A stretch of 64,000 nt of DNA from Tortispora ganteri. Its lineage: Eukaryota. The stretch covers positions 62,001 through 126,000 of the forward strand of contig PPNB01000016.1 in assembly GCA_003707115.1 (NCBI GenBank). The letters are read 5' to 3'. This document shows, piece after piece, positions 50,579 through 60,695 of this stretch (the first letter of the stretch is position 1; the number at the start of each line of letters is the position of its first letter). The notes under the pieces were generated by a model. The model was not told the DNA's origin. It made no database searches and worked only from the letters and a program-made list of their open reading frames with translations. Both the position numbers and the translations under genes were made by a program.

Positions 50579-52831
50579 TTATTCTTTAAAGGGTTCTTCG
50601 CCTAGTAGCTCCTTCAAGGAAAGTGAGCCATCAGATTCTGCAATGCTTTGCAATCGATGTAGCAGTCGCAGAATATCGCTGTGACATATACTCCTGCATA
50701 CTCCTGATATATACTCATTAAACAATCCTTCCAATCCGGCTTTCATTTCATTTTTCTGAGCATTTATTTCGCAACTAGCTTTGTCTTTTCTATCCTGGTT
50801 GCTTTTAAGGGCCTTCTGCTTGTCTTCGTGCCCTTTCCTCTGACCACTACCTTTTTTATGGCCTCTGTGTCGCAACTGTGCATTGATTGACTCTTTTTCA
50901 GAAGTCCTAGAATTTGCCTCTTCATCTTCTTCCACATTCGCAAAAGAAGATTCATCCTCTTCAAGCTCATTGACCTTACTTTCGTGGCCATGATGATAAT
51001 TATCGCGTGAGTTGGCGTCATACCCTTCTAATTCGGCGTCTGCAACTTCTTCAACGGCTATATTAAGCTTCTGGCCAATATTCTTTAAGCATGATCCGCT
51101 ATGAATTTGACGGTTGAGTCTTTGAATTGCATTCACTGTATCAGCCGTTCCACTATCTTTGTCGGACTTATGCTTGTCGGCTTCTTTTTCTTCCTCTTCT
51201 CCTTCTTCTTCTTCTTCTTCCTCTCCTTCCTCTTCTTCTTCCTCATCTCCGTCATTTTCTTCCCCATCATCGTCTTCATCTTCCTCTTCACCTTCATCTT
51301 CCTCCTCATCATCGCCCTCGTGATCATCTCCGTTTTGGAATTCTTCCTCCTCTTCGTCCTCAGTTTCCTTCTCCTTTGCGTTCTTCTCCTTTCTGTGCTT
51401 GTAGCCGTCGCGGTTCACATCCAGTATAGTGCTGTATTGCGCTGCGTGTGAAGTAGTGTAGGCCTTATGTCTGTTAGACAACTGTACAGCAGTCACGCGA
51501 CGATTCTGGCGCTCACTATGCGCATTATCGTCTTTAGATCCATCATATGTAGCGCGATATCGATTCGGTGTGGTGGCAGTCGGCCGCAAACGTTTCGTGG
51601 AGGTCAGTGTGGGCGTGTGCACATGAGTCTCAGAATGTTCAGAAGCATATTCATAACGTTTATCAGTGTAGTTCGGTTTCCTTATAGGACTATGATGACC
51701 AATAGGTTTCCTGGTTTCGTAGTAATAATCGTAGTCATCATCTGTATGGTAATCATAGTGAGTCGTCACAGGGTGGAAATTTGTCGAATAGTACGGTGCA
51801 TCACTGTAGTCGTAATAATCACCTGGAGTAGTGTACCTGTCGAGATCAGTATAATCTGGTGGTAAAGCAAGTATATCGTTTTCCAAATGAGCCAGTTGCC
51901 CGTCAATATACCGCTCAAATACCTTGCCCTTCAGGCGCACAAAAGACAAAGCATTGGACCGTAAGGTCTTCAGTTTCTTTATAAATTTCGTCTTTTCAGT
52001 CACACTTACTCGTCTCTTGCTGCTCTGTTGTACTAACTCAGGCATCAGTTTAGCATCTTGAGACAGAATGTAATATAGAATGGCAGTTTTGAGCTTTCCA
52101 AGGTTGTTCCTCTCCTTTCTAATCTCGTCCTTTAGACAATCATAGAGGTTATAGCCAGAATAGGGAAAAGCACTGCACGCGCAGCTAGAAGGACATATTC
52201 CTCGTTTCCCTACCTCCTTGTCTATCAAACTGACGTCATAAGAGTGCGATAAATTAAAGAAGAACTCAGAACGACGGTTGGCGATCATGTATAGGTCGCT
52301 GTCCATTCTATCCAACATCTTTTTTATTGCATCCCTTCTAGACACTGTAAAATTCTTGAGTTGTTTGTTGGCATAGAATCTAGGATTCTCAGTGCTAATC
52401 TTATGGGCTTTTTTCATCGATGACGCGAGCGCGTAATCTATAGTGGAAGACCACAATGATTCCGAAAGACGGAGTGCAGAACGAAGTTCTTTCGCGAGGT
52501 TTGCATTGAAATTGTCGTTATCCACAGAATTGAAGTCGGATGTTACCAAATAAGAGTCCGAGAACATAGATAAATCATGTGAAGGGGCCGAGCGGAGAAT
52601 TTTCAGGTAGTCACGTTTGAATTCATCGAGATCTAGATCGTTGGAATCTTGGAAGCTTGATAGAATGTCAATAGGGGACTTATAGGTAATGAGAGCATCT
52701 TGTTCAGCAATATCAGTTCCATCATCGTTGTTTGTAAACTGGACAGACGAGGAATGAATCCATTTTGGAAGCCCTAGGAAGGCGTTCGTAGAGCCTGCTA
52801 GTGCTAGCCAAAATATCTTCTGGAAGCGCAT
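50579..52831 (-). CDS. Hypothetical secreted protein with Tyr/Asp/His-rich and poly-Glu/Asp tracts
   Basis: About 750-aa ORF with signal peptide MRFQKIFWLALAGSTNA from ATG 52831; no family recognised. Confidence 0.75.
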   Translation of the reverse strand: MRFQKIFWLALAGSTNAFLGLPKWIHSSSVQFTNNDDGTDIAEQDALITYKSPIDILSSFQDSNDLDLDEFKRDYLKILRSAPSHDLSMFSDSYLVTSDFNSVDNDNFNANLAKELRSALRLSESLWSSTIDYALASSMKKAHKISTENPRFYANKQLKNFTVSRRDAIKKMLDRMDSDLYMIANRRSEFFFNLSHSYDVSLIDKEVGKRGICPSSCACSAFPYSGYNLYDCLKDEIRKERNNLGKLKTAILYYILSQDAKLMPELVQQSSKRRVSVTEKTKFIKKLKTLRSNALSFVRLKGKVFERYIDGQLAHLENDILALPPDYTDLDRYTTPGDYYDYSDAPYYSTNFHPVTTHYDYHTDDDYDYYYETRKPIGHHSPIRKPNYTDKRYEYASEHSETHVHTPTLTSTKRLRPTATTPNRYRATYDGSKDDNAHSERQNRRVTAVQLSNRHKAYTTSHAAQYSTILDVNRDGYKHRKEKNAKEKETEDEEEEEFQNGDDHEGDDEEEDEGEEEDEDDDGEENDGDEEEEEEGEEEEEEEGEEEEKEADKHKSDKDSGTADTVNAIQRLNRQIHSGSCLKNIGQKLNIAVEEVADAELEGYDANSRDNYHHGHESKVNELEEDESSFANVEEDEEANSRTSEKESINAQLRHRGHKKGSGQRKGHEDKQKALKSNQDRKDKASCEINAQKNEMKAGLEGLFNEYISGVCRSICHSDILRLLHRLQSIAESDGSLSLKELLGEEPFKE
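51183..51375 (-). repeat. GAA/GAG/GAT-rich coding low-complexity repeat (poly-Glu/Asp)
   Basis: Encodes EKETEDEEEEEF...GDEEEEEEGEEEEEEEGEEEEKE; (TCT)n runs on the + strand. Confidence 0.85.
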
Positions 52832-53121
52832 TTCCACAAAGGCGAAAGTAAAAGGTCTATGCTAATAAAACAAGTCAACCTGAAATAAAAAGAGCAATAT
52901 AATGACAATGATAAATAATAATATATAATAAAGAATTGAGTGACGTTAAAGGGTCCTAAATGCGCTTGGGGACCATTGTTGTGAGATGAATTTATAAGTG
53001 ACATATTCAGGGTCTTCAGAGTGATCCGATGTTGATTTTCGTATGCGTGTGTTGTTATTTATTTATTGCTTTTTTCTTTTTTGGTGTTCATTTCTTTCTT
53101 CGTTGTTTGCGGCTCAAAGCT

Positions 53122-53862
53122 CTATGTGATATTCCAGGCATCTTCGCAGCCATGACAGAACTTACTGCATGAAACAGCTGCAGAAAGAGAATATTGAGAA
53201 ACAGCAATCTTTTCGTCGACAAACTCGTCTGCAAAGTTATCAGGACCACGGGCCATCGCTCCAACAAATACACACATGCTTTCATCTGGTTCCAAAGTGG
53301 ATACGTAATCGCTGATTTTTTCAACCTTACCGTCCAGCGACAAAGTGATCTTGCGACACTTATGCGGCAAGTGGTCAGTTATGGGATTCTTTATGACTTT
53401 TAATAGCTTTTCGTTAGAGCTCACTGATCTGATATTCAGCTGATGCAATAACTGCACCATCAACCCAGAGAATCGCTTAAACGTTCGCGGTATACGCACA
53501 GATGGGTTAACTTCGATAAGCACGCCCTTGACAGTAGAAATATACACCTGTAACTTTCCAGCTTTATTTATAGGAGAGTCTAGCAGCATTAAAAGACACT
53601 GGTGGGTAATGTCAGGACGCGCTTCAGAAATATCCCGGTTCATTTTCCTAAGCAAACTTTGATGTTCATCGCAGCTTAAAAGCGCATACTTGTCGCCATT
53701 TTTTGACGAGATCTTACAAGCTTCTATCGAAGCATGGCTAAGCACTACAATAAGTCTCTGGGTGTCCTTGTCTTTTGACGACACAGGTTTAGGCTTTTGT
53801 GGAACCAGAGATGGCTCTTTTAATGCAGTTCTGGCAATTTTTCGGGGACGGGGGTCCGACAT
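53122..53862 (-). CDS. EMG1: 18S rRNA pseudouridine N1-methyltransferase Nep1/Emg1
   Basis: [40 protein letters not shown] and VGAMARG. Confidence 0.97.
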   Translation of the reverse strand: MSDPRPRKIARTALKEPSLVPQKPKPVSSKDKDTQRLIVVLSHASIEACKISSKNGDKYALLSCDEHQSLLRKMNRDISEARPDITHQCLLMLLDSPINKAGKLQVYISTVKGVLIEVNPSVRIPRTFKRFSGLMVQLLHQLNIRSVSSNEKLLKVIKNPITDHLPHKCRKITLSLDGKVEKISDYVSTLEPDESMCVFVGAMARGPDNFADEFVDEKIAVSQYSLSAAVSCSKFCHGCEDAWNIT

Positions 53863-54179
53863 GAATTTTAAAGGTCAAATATCTGCACAAGTGGTTCCTC
53901 AAATCAAAAAGAATACACAGAATATCAATCAGGATATATTACAGCTCTAATAATATATCTATATAAAATACACAGATATTTGCAGCTGTTTTTCGTCGAG
54001 ATTTCTGATCTAAATAGATATCGAAGACTAATGGAGGAGATCGCAAAAAAAAAAATAGATCGGAAACGACAAAGAGGCCGGGTAATAGTGAACTTAATGT
54101 AGTGTGACTGAGCTTTGAAATCGAACTGGTCTTTTTGGTAGCTTTTTATATTTGCGGCAAGTTTACTCCTATGTGTTAG

Positions 54180-55919
54180 ATGGGTCAAGAAGACAATTTT
54201 GATGATCTAGATGATCTAGACGATTTATCGGACTCTGATGTTGTAAATATAAATGTACCAGTAGTACAATATGAACCTTCTACCCAGCAGAGACTAGAAG
54301 CGGCATTGGGCGAAGTACGAATAGTCAGATCTATACTTGAGAGACAACGACAAGCTCACGAAAAAGAACTACAAGAATTAAAAAATCTAGCTAAATCTAC
54401 AGATGAAGCAAAATCTTCCAAAGTAGCAGAACTACAGTCTGAACTGGACCGGCTGAAAACTGAGTTAGTGTTCATACGGAACGAAGCACAACTCTCTAAG
54501 CACAGCTTCGATCACCAAAAACGCGCTAAACCGGCTACAGCACAATCTACACAAGCTTCTATTTCACATCCTACTGTCCCTGTATCTCGTTCGAGCGAAT
54601 GGGCCTTACGCGACGGCTTCGATGGACTCGCGTTCCCAGTTACACCAAAGAAACCCAGCAAGCGGAAACGCGATTCTATAAATGGTGGCTCGGTTCAATC
54701 AAAATTAACAAGCCCGAGATCCACCTCTAAATCCTCCGTATCAGAATCTACTTCTATATCGGTACCTACAAATTTCGCTAAAGCTATAGACAATCGCTAC
54801 ATCATCGCAGAGACCGTTTTGCATCATCCAAGTGATGACAACGGCAAGCTATTGATCGACGTGCTCACAGACTCATCTGTGCCGGAAGCTCGAGACCTTG
54901 CGCTTTCTCTAACTAAATCCTCTCCAGACTCTTTCTCTATGATTTCTGAAATTTTCAGATCTGGCATCTGCGTGCTAGAACTGCCACCTCGGTTGCCTGT
55001 ACTTGAATACCAGAAATCCATTTTGGGGCTCATGCGCAAACTGGCCATTTTGGATGTCGCAGCTGTTATGGAGTCTTGTGGCCCTGAACTTATTGCTGCT
55101 TGCCGGCAATTAATTGAACAACATTGTATTGGAATTGACGATCTACAGCAGGATACTCCATACGTGACAGATATTAAACGTGAGCTGGGTACGAAAGCGT
55201 TTGAAATGCTCGCTATTGTAGCACATGGTATACGTGAGGACGAGAACCTGATAATCAAGTTCTGGAAGGCGTACACTTTATCGTTTGCTGAGAAGACATT
55301 GTCGAACCAGCTTTCGATAGCGGCAACAAGAGAATCGGTAATCATTCTGGCTACTGGAATTATATCTCAAGGCCTGGGTGAACCAGACTTGGAATTCAAA
55401 ACTAGAAGCGGACTTGAGAGCCGAATAATATCGCGGCTAGTGAAAACACTTGCGGATTCAGTGCGATATATAAGACCCGAAGAGGTATTATCTCTTCTGA
55501 ACCTGCGTCTAGACGTACTGGAAGTCTTGGGGTACATTTTACAGTATATGGGTCCAAACGCACTCGGTATGAACACATCCGTGGTATCGAGACTTGTACG
55601 AAGCATTGCTGCTCATTATGAGATAATGTTACAGTATCGAAATTACAATCAAGAGCTCGCTGCTGTGGCTGGAGAAATTACAGATGTCTCTGTACGACTT
55701 TTGTATTATCTACGAATCCTATGTCCGCAGGCACCACTGGCATCGAACCGCAGGCTGCGACAAACACATAACGAGAATCTATTAGTGATGGCAAGGATAG
55801 GTGTGTGCGAAAAGGCTGGAGAGTTCATTAGCTCTACAGCGATTGCACAAGCACGGGACATGTTAGAAGCGAGCATGACTATGGACGAAGCTGATGCACT
55901 AGACGAGTGCATGAAATGA
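54180..55919 (+). CDS. ATRIP-like DNA damage checkpoint protein (Rad26/UvsD/Ddc2)
   Basis: Acidic start DNFDDLDDLDD, coiled coil GEVRIVRS...LKTELVF, DGFD, TPKKPSKRKR, helical C-terminal domain ending ARDMLEASMTMDEADAL. Confidence 0.72.
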   Translation: MGQEDNFDDLDDLDDLSDSDVVNINVPVVQYEPSTQQRLEAALGEVRIVRSILERQRQAHEKELQELKNLAKSTDEAKSSKVAELQSELDRLKTELVFIRNEAQLSKHSFDHQKRAKPATAQSTQASISHPTVPVSRSSEWALRDGFDGLAFPVTPKKPSKRKRDSINGGSVQSKLTSPRSTSKSSVSESTSISVPTNFAKAIDNRYIIAETVLHHPSDDNGKLLIDVLTDSSVPEARDLALSLTKSSPDSFSMISEIFRSGICVLELPPRLPVLEYQKSILGLMRKLAILDVAAVMESCGPELIAACRQLIEQHCIGIDDLQQDTPYVTDIKRELGTKAFEMLAIVAHGIREDENLIIKFWKAYTLSFAEKTLSNQLSIAATRESVIILATGIISQGLGEPDLEFKTRSGLESRIISRLVKTLADSVRYIRPEEVLSLLNLRLDVLEVLGYILQYMGPNALGMNTSVVSRLVRSIAAHYEIMLQYRNYNQELAAVAGEITDVSVRLLYYLRILCPQAPLASNRRLRQTHNENLLVMARIGVCEKAGEFISSTAIAQARDMLEASMTMDEADALDECMK

Positions 55920-56148
55920 GAATAGTCCAAACCAAACCGAAATCGAAAGAGTATTAACACTACTAATGACTACACTACTAATTAACTGCAATACTTTACT
56001 TTTAGAGACATGACATATCCATATTTAACATACTTCTAACAAAAAAGAAGCACGTAAGTTGAACATTAATTGAGGTAGTAACTCAAGAACGTAAACGTGA
56101 GCGCTCGAACGATAGCTGTTGTTTTTCTTAATAGCAAATTCAATGCAT

Positions 56149-56421
56149 CTAAGCCTCAACAACCTTCTTAGTAGCCTCACCAGTGCGGAAACCGTTTTTA
56201 AACTTTCGTGAAACAAGCTTGAGGTATCGCATACGGCCTGTACCGGTGGTTTTTCTTCTCTTAGCCTTCATGCCCCAGTTATACTTGCGGATCTTAGCAG
56301 CAGGGTATCCGCACGATGAGCAGGTCTTCTTCTGGGCAGACAAAGATCGACGTCCGCAGCGTCGGCACAATATGTGAGATTTGTTGTGGCGTTTACCTAG
56401 CGAAGTGGTACCTTTAGACAT
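56149..56421 (-). CDS. RPL37: 60S ribosomal protein eL37
   Basis: [24 protein letters not shown]...[16 protein letters not shown]...[14 protein letters not shown]; no intron seen. Confidence 0.97.
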   Translation of the reverse strand: MSKGTTSLGKRHNKSHILCRRCGRRSLSAQKKTCSSCGYPAAKIRKYNWGMKAKRRKTTGTGRMRYLKLVSRKFKNGFRTGEATKKVVEA

Positions 56422-56585
56422 TTTCTTAGGTGTATGTGGTTCAGTCTAAGTATGTGACTATAAGAAGCTTTAGTGGGTTTCAAATGAGTTGCGTTGTTGG
56501 GATAAAGAAAACAGTCACGTAAAAAATAACGAGCCCTAGTTTGTTGCTATGCGGGTATCTTTTTGGCCCTACATTTTTGACTTCT

Positions 56586-56700
56586 ATCACGTGATCAGCG
56601 TGCTTCGCGCTTTGGGAGCTTAAAGCTCGCGTCGTGTTTTTTCGCATTCCTCTACTCGCGGCCCGCTCCATTCCTTAGTACCGCTGGCCGTTTTGCGCGT
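56586..56700. promoter_or_regulatory. Palindromic E-box (ATCACGTGAT, Cbf1-type) plus CGCG/MCB-like cores in the RPL37/TOS4 divergent promoter
   Basis: ATCACGTGAT at 56586-56595; CGCG at 56606, 56628, 56657 and 56696. Confidence 0.6.
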
Positions 56701-56742
56701 AGGTTCACTTCTATTTTTATATTTAGTTCATTCCTACTGAAA

Positions 56743-58311
56743 ATGAGTCTTTCTGAGAATTTGCTTCCTGCATTTGACCCTGAGTCAGAAAACATTACTC
56801 CAGTGAAGGCCAAACAAAAGCATGAACTCCACCAGGCATTCTATCCCACGCCTGAACCATCTAGTTCTATTGTTGACCATCTGTCACCCACTTCCGGTGC
56901 CTCTGGGACATCAAGAAAGCCTTTAGTTAGCATTACTACTGTTTTGGTTCCTCAAGATGGCCACCGGGTCACTATCGGTCGCTCCTCTCAGTCTTGCACC
57001 TACTCTCTGTCTTGCACTAATCGTCAAGTTTCGCGAGTCCACGTTCGGCTGCAGTACTTGCAATCTTTGCAGGTGCTTAAAGTCGAGTGTCTGGGCTGGA
57101 ACAGCATAGTTGTGCGAACTCGTGACGGCTCAACACAGATCCGACATAATCAATGCGAAGAATTAAAGAACGCAAACGGAGCTTTGATCGACATTCGCGG
57201 CGAACGGGTTGTCGTCCACATTGCTCACCCAGATTCAGATGATACACTCTCTGATATTCCGACACCCGTCAAGAATCACGAAGGTGTGTCCCACAACCAA
57301 GATAAACATCTCCTGTCTTCCTGGCACAGCATTCCTGAACCTCTAGCTGCTCCAGTCCCAGATCCTGCTCTCAAACCTACCACTTTGTCTGCCAATGCTG
57401 CTTTAAAGTCGCCCTCTAATGCTGCGACTATCTCAGTCGATACTTCTGTTACTGTCAGTAACTCTGAATCAGCTCGTCAGTTAAGTAAACCCATTCCAGG
57501 TGCTGGACAGAGACGCAAGGGTACTTCTGCTCCTAATGTCATGGAAGCTGGTTCTCAAAACAAGAAGATTAAAATAGCTCCTATTCAAACTAAGAAGGCA
57601 GATGCAGCACAAATAGAACAGAAGAAGGTAATCCCTGCAGAATCTGAGAAGCCAAAATATGCTGAGAAGAAAGTAAGACATGCTATAAAGAAACCTGCTG
57701 AGGTTTCCGAGACTGGGCAGAAGTCACTCAAAGATTCTAAGAAGTTGAATAATGACCCACCTAAGGCTTTGCAAAAGAAACATATGAAAGACGTTAAGAC
57801 CAATACTACTGATGTTTCTAAAGGCGTTGAGACGAATGATGCTAAAGATGTATCTAAGGACGTTGCTAAAGATATCATTAAGAAAGTTGTTGAGGACAAT
57901 GCTAAGGATACTGGTAATGACATTGCGAAAAATGATGTCAAAGATGATCAGTATGACTTGAATGATGAAACTGAAACGGCTGAGTCTTACGCTACTAATG
58001 TCATTAATCATCTCGCATATTCTCGCTTAGCTTCTACACCATTATCTGCAATCAAGGATTCATTGTCCGTAGATATATCTATATCGGAGTTACAAGATAT
58101 CCTGACCAATACAGCTTGCATTGGTGTTATTCACCGTCAAGGCAAAGACGCCGCTGGTAAACCATTGGAATCCGAGTATTACTATATTCTTGAAAATGAT
58201 AGTGATACCCACCGCCGATTTAATGTGGAGCAGCTCCGAGGACATAGTGGTTTGCGATCTTGCCGTAAGCAACACAAACAGTATTATTGGCGCAAGCCAC
58301 ACAAGCGCTAA
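56743..58311 (+). CDS. TOS4: FHA-domain protein Tos4/Plm2
   Basis: YPTPEPSSS, FHA core IGRSSQSC...NRQVSRVHV...LGWN, C-terminal GKDAAGKPLESEYYY...GLRSCRKQHKQYYWRKP. Confidence 0.9.
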   Translation: MSLSENLLPAFDPESENITPVKAKQKHELHQAFYPTPEPSSSIVDHLSPTSGASGTSRKPLVSITTVLVPQDGHRVTIGRSSQSCTYSLSCTNRQVSRVHVRLQYLQSLQVLKVECLGWNSIVVRTRDGSTQIRHNQCEELKNANGALIDIRGERVVVHIAHPDSDDTLSDIPTPVKNHEGVSHNQDKHLLSSWHSIPEPLAAPVPDPALKPTTLSANAALKSPSNAATISVDTSVTVSNSESARQLSKPIPGAGQRRKGTSAPNVMEAGSQNKKIKIAPIQTKKADAAQIEQKKVIPAESEKPKYAEKKVRHAIKKPAEVSETGQKSLKDSKKLNNDPPKALQKKHMKDVKTNTTDVSKGVETNDAKDVSKDVAKDIIKKVVEDNAKDTGNDIAKNDVKDDQYDLNDETETAESYATNVINHLAYSRLASTPLSAIKDSLSVDISISELQDILTNTACIGVIHRQGKDAAGKPLESEYYYILENDSDTHRRFNVEQLRGHSGLRSCRKQHKQYYWRKPHKR

Positions 58312-58453
58312 TTGTCTATGACTGCATTGTTACCATTATTTATGTACCTGTCACTGATAAAGCGATCGGGGCTGTGCTTGTTTGTTAAATAATGTTCAAC
58401 TATTCTACTAACCACAACATTATTAAATATTACAAATTTAACATACAATAAGC

Positions 58454-58756
58454 TCAATGATTGGATATCAATAGTTTGCGACTTCTAAATGATGAGAGAG
58501 AGACCAACACAATAATCGAAAAAGCCCAGATAGATGCTATAATTATACCTGTAGGATCTGTCAAAACTTCAATCTGCTCTATATATCTTTGTGCTATTGG
58601 TGCTGCAGTTTCACTCAATGTTGGAGCTAAATATGACGTACCAGAAACAGTAATTACAGAAATGCTGCTTGAATGAAGGGTCGTAGTAGGAGCTGGTGTA
58701 GCGCTGGCTAAGATCAAAGAGAAGTCAATGGTCCTCAACTGTCCATAATCTGACAT
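58454..58756 (-). CDS. Small hypothetical membrane protein: S/T-rich N-terminus, one C-terminal TM segment
   Basis: 100-aa ORF with an A-rich context before ATG; GIIIASIWAFSIIVLVSL followed by basic RSRK. It fills the gap between TOS4 and CDS1. Confidence 0.5.
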   Translation of the reverse strand: MSDYGQLRTIDFSLILASATPAPTTTLHSSSISVITVSGTSYLAPTLSETAAPIAQRYIEQIEVLTDPTGIIIASIWAFSIIVLVSLSSFRSRKLLISNH

Positions 58757-59091
58757 ATTTAAAATTCTGTCGAATTTATTAAGTGATTTTATTTATTTAT
58801 AAATATATTTAACTGTGTGTGTATGCGATTGTACTTATACAATCGCATATGAGTTTGCTATTCTTTAGGCAGAGCCTATCTGTGACAAAACCTAAAGCTT
58901 GAACTTACTTAATCAAGTTTGAGAGATTGACCGAAAATCTCACAAAGAGTATCTGAAACACAGGTACTTTTCTTAATCAGCAAAGAATATTATTACGCAG
59001 TTAAAAACCAATCACCATTTTTTGTGGAAGAAAAGCCTTTTGAAGTCTCATGTATGATGTAACGTGAACAAGAAGCTTGCATAGCAAGTAC

Positions 59092-60450
59092 TCAACGAAG
59101 ATAATCCCATGAACGAAGATGCTCAGGAATAACATTCTCAATACAAGAAAATGCAGAATCAGGGATACGTTCAGACACAACAAGATACCTTGAAAGTCCA
59201 GCCAATAGTTCAAGTTGCTGTTCAGCAGTTAACTGTTTCACAGCCTGCTGTAGGAGTACAGAGGCAGTCAAATGGCGGTCCGAAATAAAGGTATCATAGT
59301 ACATAAAAGCAAAGAACCCCATTAAAAATTGACAATCCATACGGTCAGTGATACCGCCATGACCGGGAATAGTGTTTCCAAAATCTTTAATGTGAAAAGT
59401 TCTCTTTAAACCTGAAGCAAAGAATCCACCAAATGGAGCAATCAGCGAAGCAAATGTCGCTAATATTATAGTGTGAAGCTGTATAGGTCTGGCCACAAAA
59501 GTTTCTCTGTGCAATAAATCTCGCAGATAGTGCGGAATAGTGTAGGTATGATCAACAAAAACGGTATTTGGTACACAATTGAGGCCGCTGAAGACATTAG
59601 CACTCAAGTCGGTGACCGGACAAATCATGTATTGATAGCGCGAAAGAATCTCGGAAAGGCCAATGCCGATCAAAACAGTGAAGAACCATGCGCCAATAAA
59701 CCCTTCGACAGTTTTTTTAGGGGATAGTTGGGTGAGAGGTGTTCTTCCAAATGCCATTCCACACAGATAGGCAAAAATATCGTTAGTGATAACGAGCGAG
59801 GCAGGGAGAAAGAACCAATACATGCCATTGAGAATATTTCGGATAACAAAATACGCCTGGCCGACAACCAAAAGCAAAGTCATATGTGTTATACAAAATT
59901 GCGTGAATTGGAAGCGATAATGGCCCTTTTGCAATGACATCACAAAAAACACGAAGCCCATTAGATAAAGGCAGTAACTAATAAACCTGTGGTGGACTGC
60001 AAAAGTGATGAAATATTTATCGACAAAGACAATGTTTTGAAAATAATATAAAACGCTTTCTCCATTCAAGAAAAATACAGTAGTGGCTAGATAGTACCAA
60101 TTTAGAGCTTTGGTAAACGGCAGCTGTTTGTCCAGGCTTGGTTCCGAAGCAATTTGAACAACTTCGCGAAATGTCAATGTCTGTATCAATGCCACAAGAG
60201 CAATCATCCAAACATGACCCGCAAACATAAGAGCAAAAAAACCAGCAATCATTACTAGTGTCCATATAGTTCGCACAATAAAATTCTGTTTTTTCTTTTG
60301 TCGCTCTGCAGTTTCAGCCACCATGGTGGTATCCGCGGACTCCGCCTTGTTTTGACTGTCCAATCTCGCATTCTTTTCGCTCGCAATAGCCCCTACTATC
60401 TCATCTTCATCTATACTCTTACTTGCGGTCTTCTTCAATCGCCTTCCCAT
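59092..60450 (-). CDS. CDS1: Phosphatidate cytidylyltransferase (CDP-DAG synthase)
   Basis: VITNDIFAY, LSPKKTVEGFIG and SGLKRTFHIKDFGNTIPGHGGITDRMDCQ signature. Confidence 0.97.
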   Translation of the reverse strand: MGRRLKKTASKSIDEDEIVGAIASEKNARLDSQNKAESADTTMVAETAERQKKKQNFIVRTIWTLVMIAGFFALMFAGHVWMIALVALIQTLTFREVVQIASEPSLDKQLPFTKALNWYYLATTVFFLNGESVLYYFQNIVFVDKYFITFAVHHRFISYCLYLMGFVFFVMSLQKGHYRFQFTQFCITHMTLLLVVGQAYFVIRNILNGMYWFFLPASLVITNDIFAYLCGMAFGRTPLTQLSPKKTVEGFIGAWFFTVLIGIGLSEILSRYQYMICPVTDLSANVFSGLNCVPNTVFVDHTYTIPHYLRDLLHRETFVARPIQLHTIILATFASLIAPFGGFFASGLKRTFHIKDFGNTIPGHGGITDRMDCQFLMGFFAFMYYDTFISDRHLTASVLLQQAVKQLTAEQQLELLAGLSRYLVVSERIPDSAFSCIENVIPEHLRSWDYLR

Positions 60451-60656
60451 TTTTAATTGTCACAGACAGCGCAATTTTACTATTCGGTCTAGTATTCGGT
60501 AATCTTCTGGTTAGTGCAGTGCGCAACTATTCACTATAGACCTGGTTAATTTGTCACATGAATAGATCTAGTTCTTGGTAGTCATAACAACGAATCCGTT
60601 ATATTACTAGAAAAATTGCGCCTTCTCACTATTACTTATAATCAGAATACAATATA

Positions 60657-60673
60657 TAGATAGATAGATAGAT
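60657..60673. repeat. Short (TAGA)4 microsatellite downstream of the SPF1 stop codon
   Basis: tagatagatagatagat. Confidence 0.6.
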
Positions 60674-60695
60674 TTAGACATCATTAATCTAAATT

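Noticed and set aside
51101..51865. Phe/Leu-rich antisense ORFs over the acidic tract
   Set aside because: Mirror-image artefacts of the GAA/GAT repeats in the minus-strand gene.
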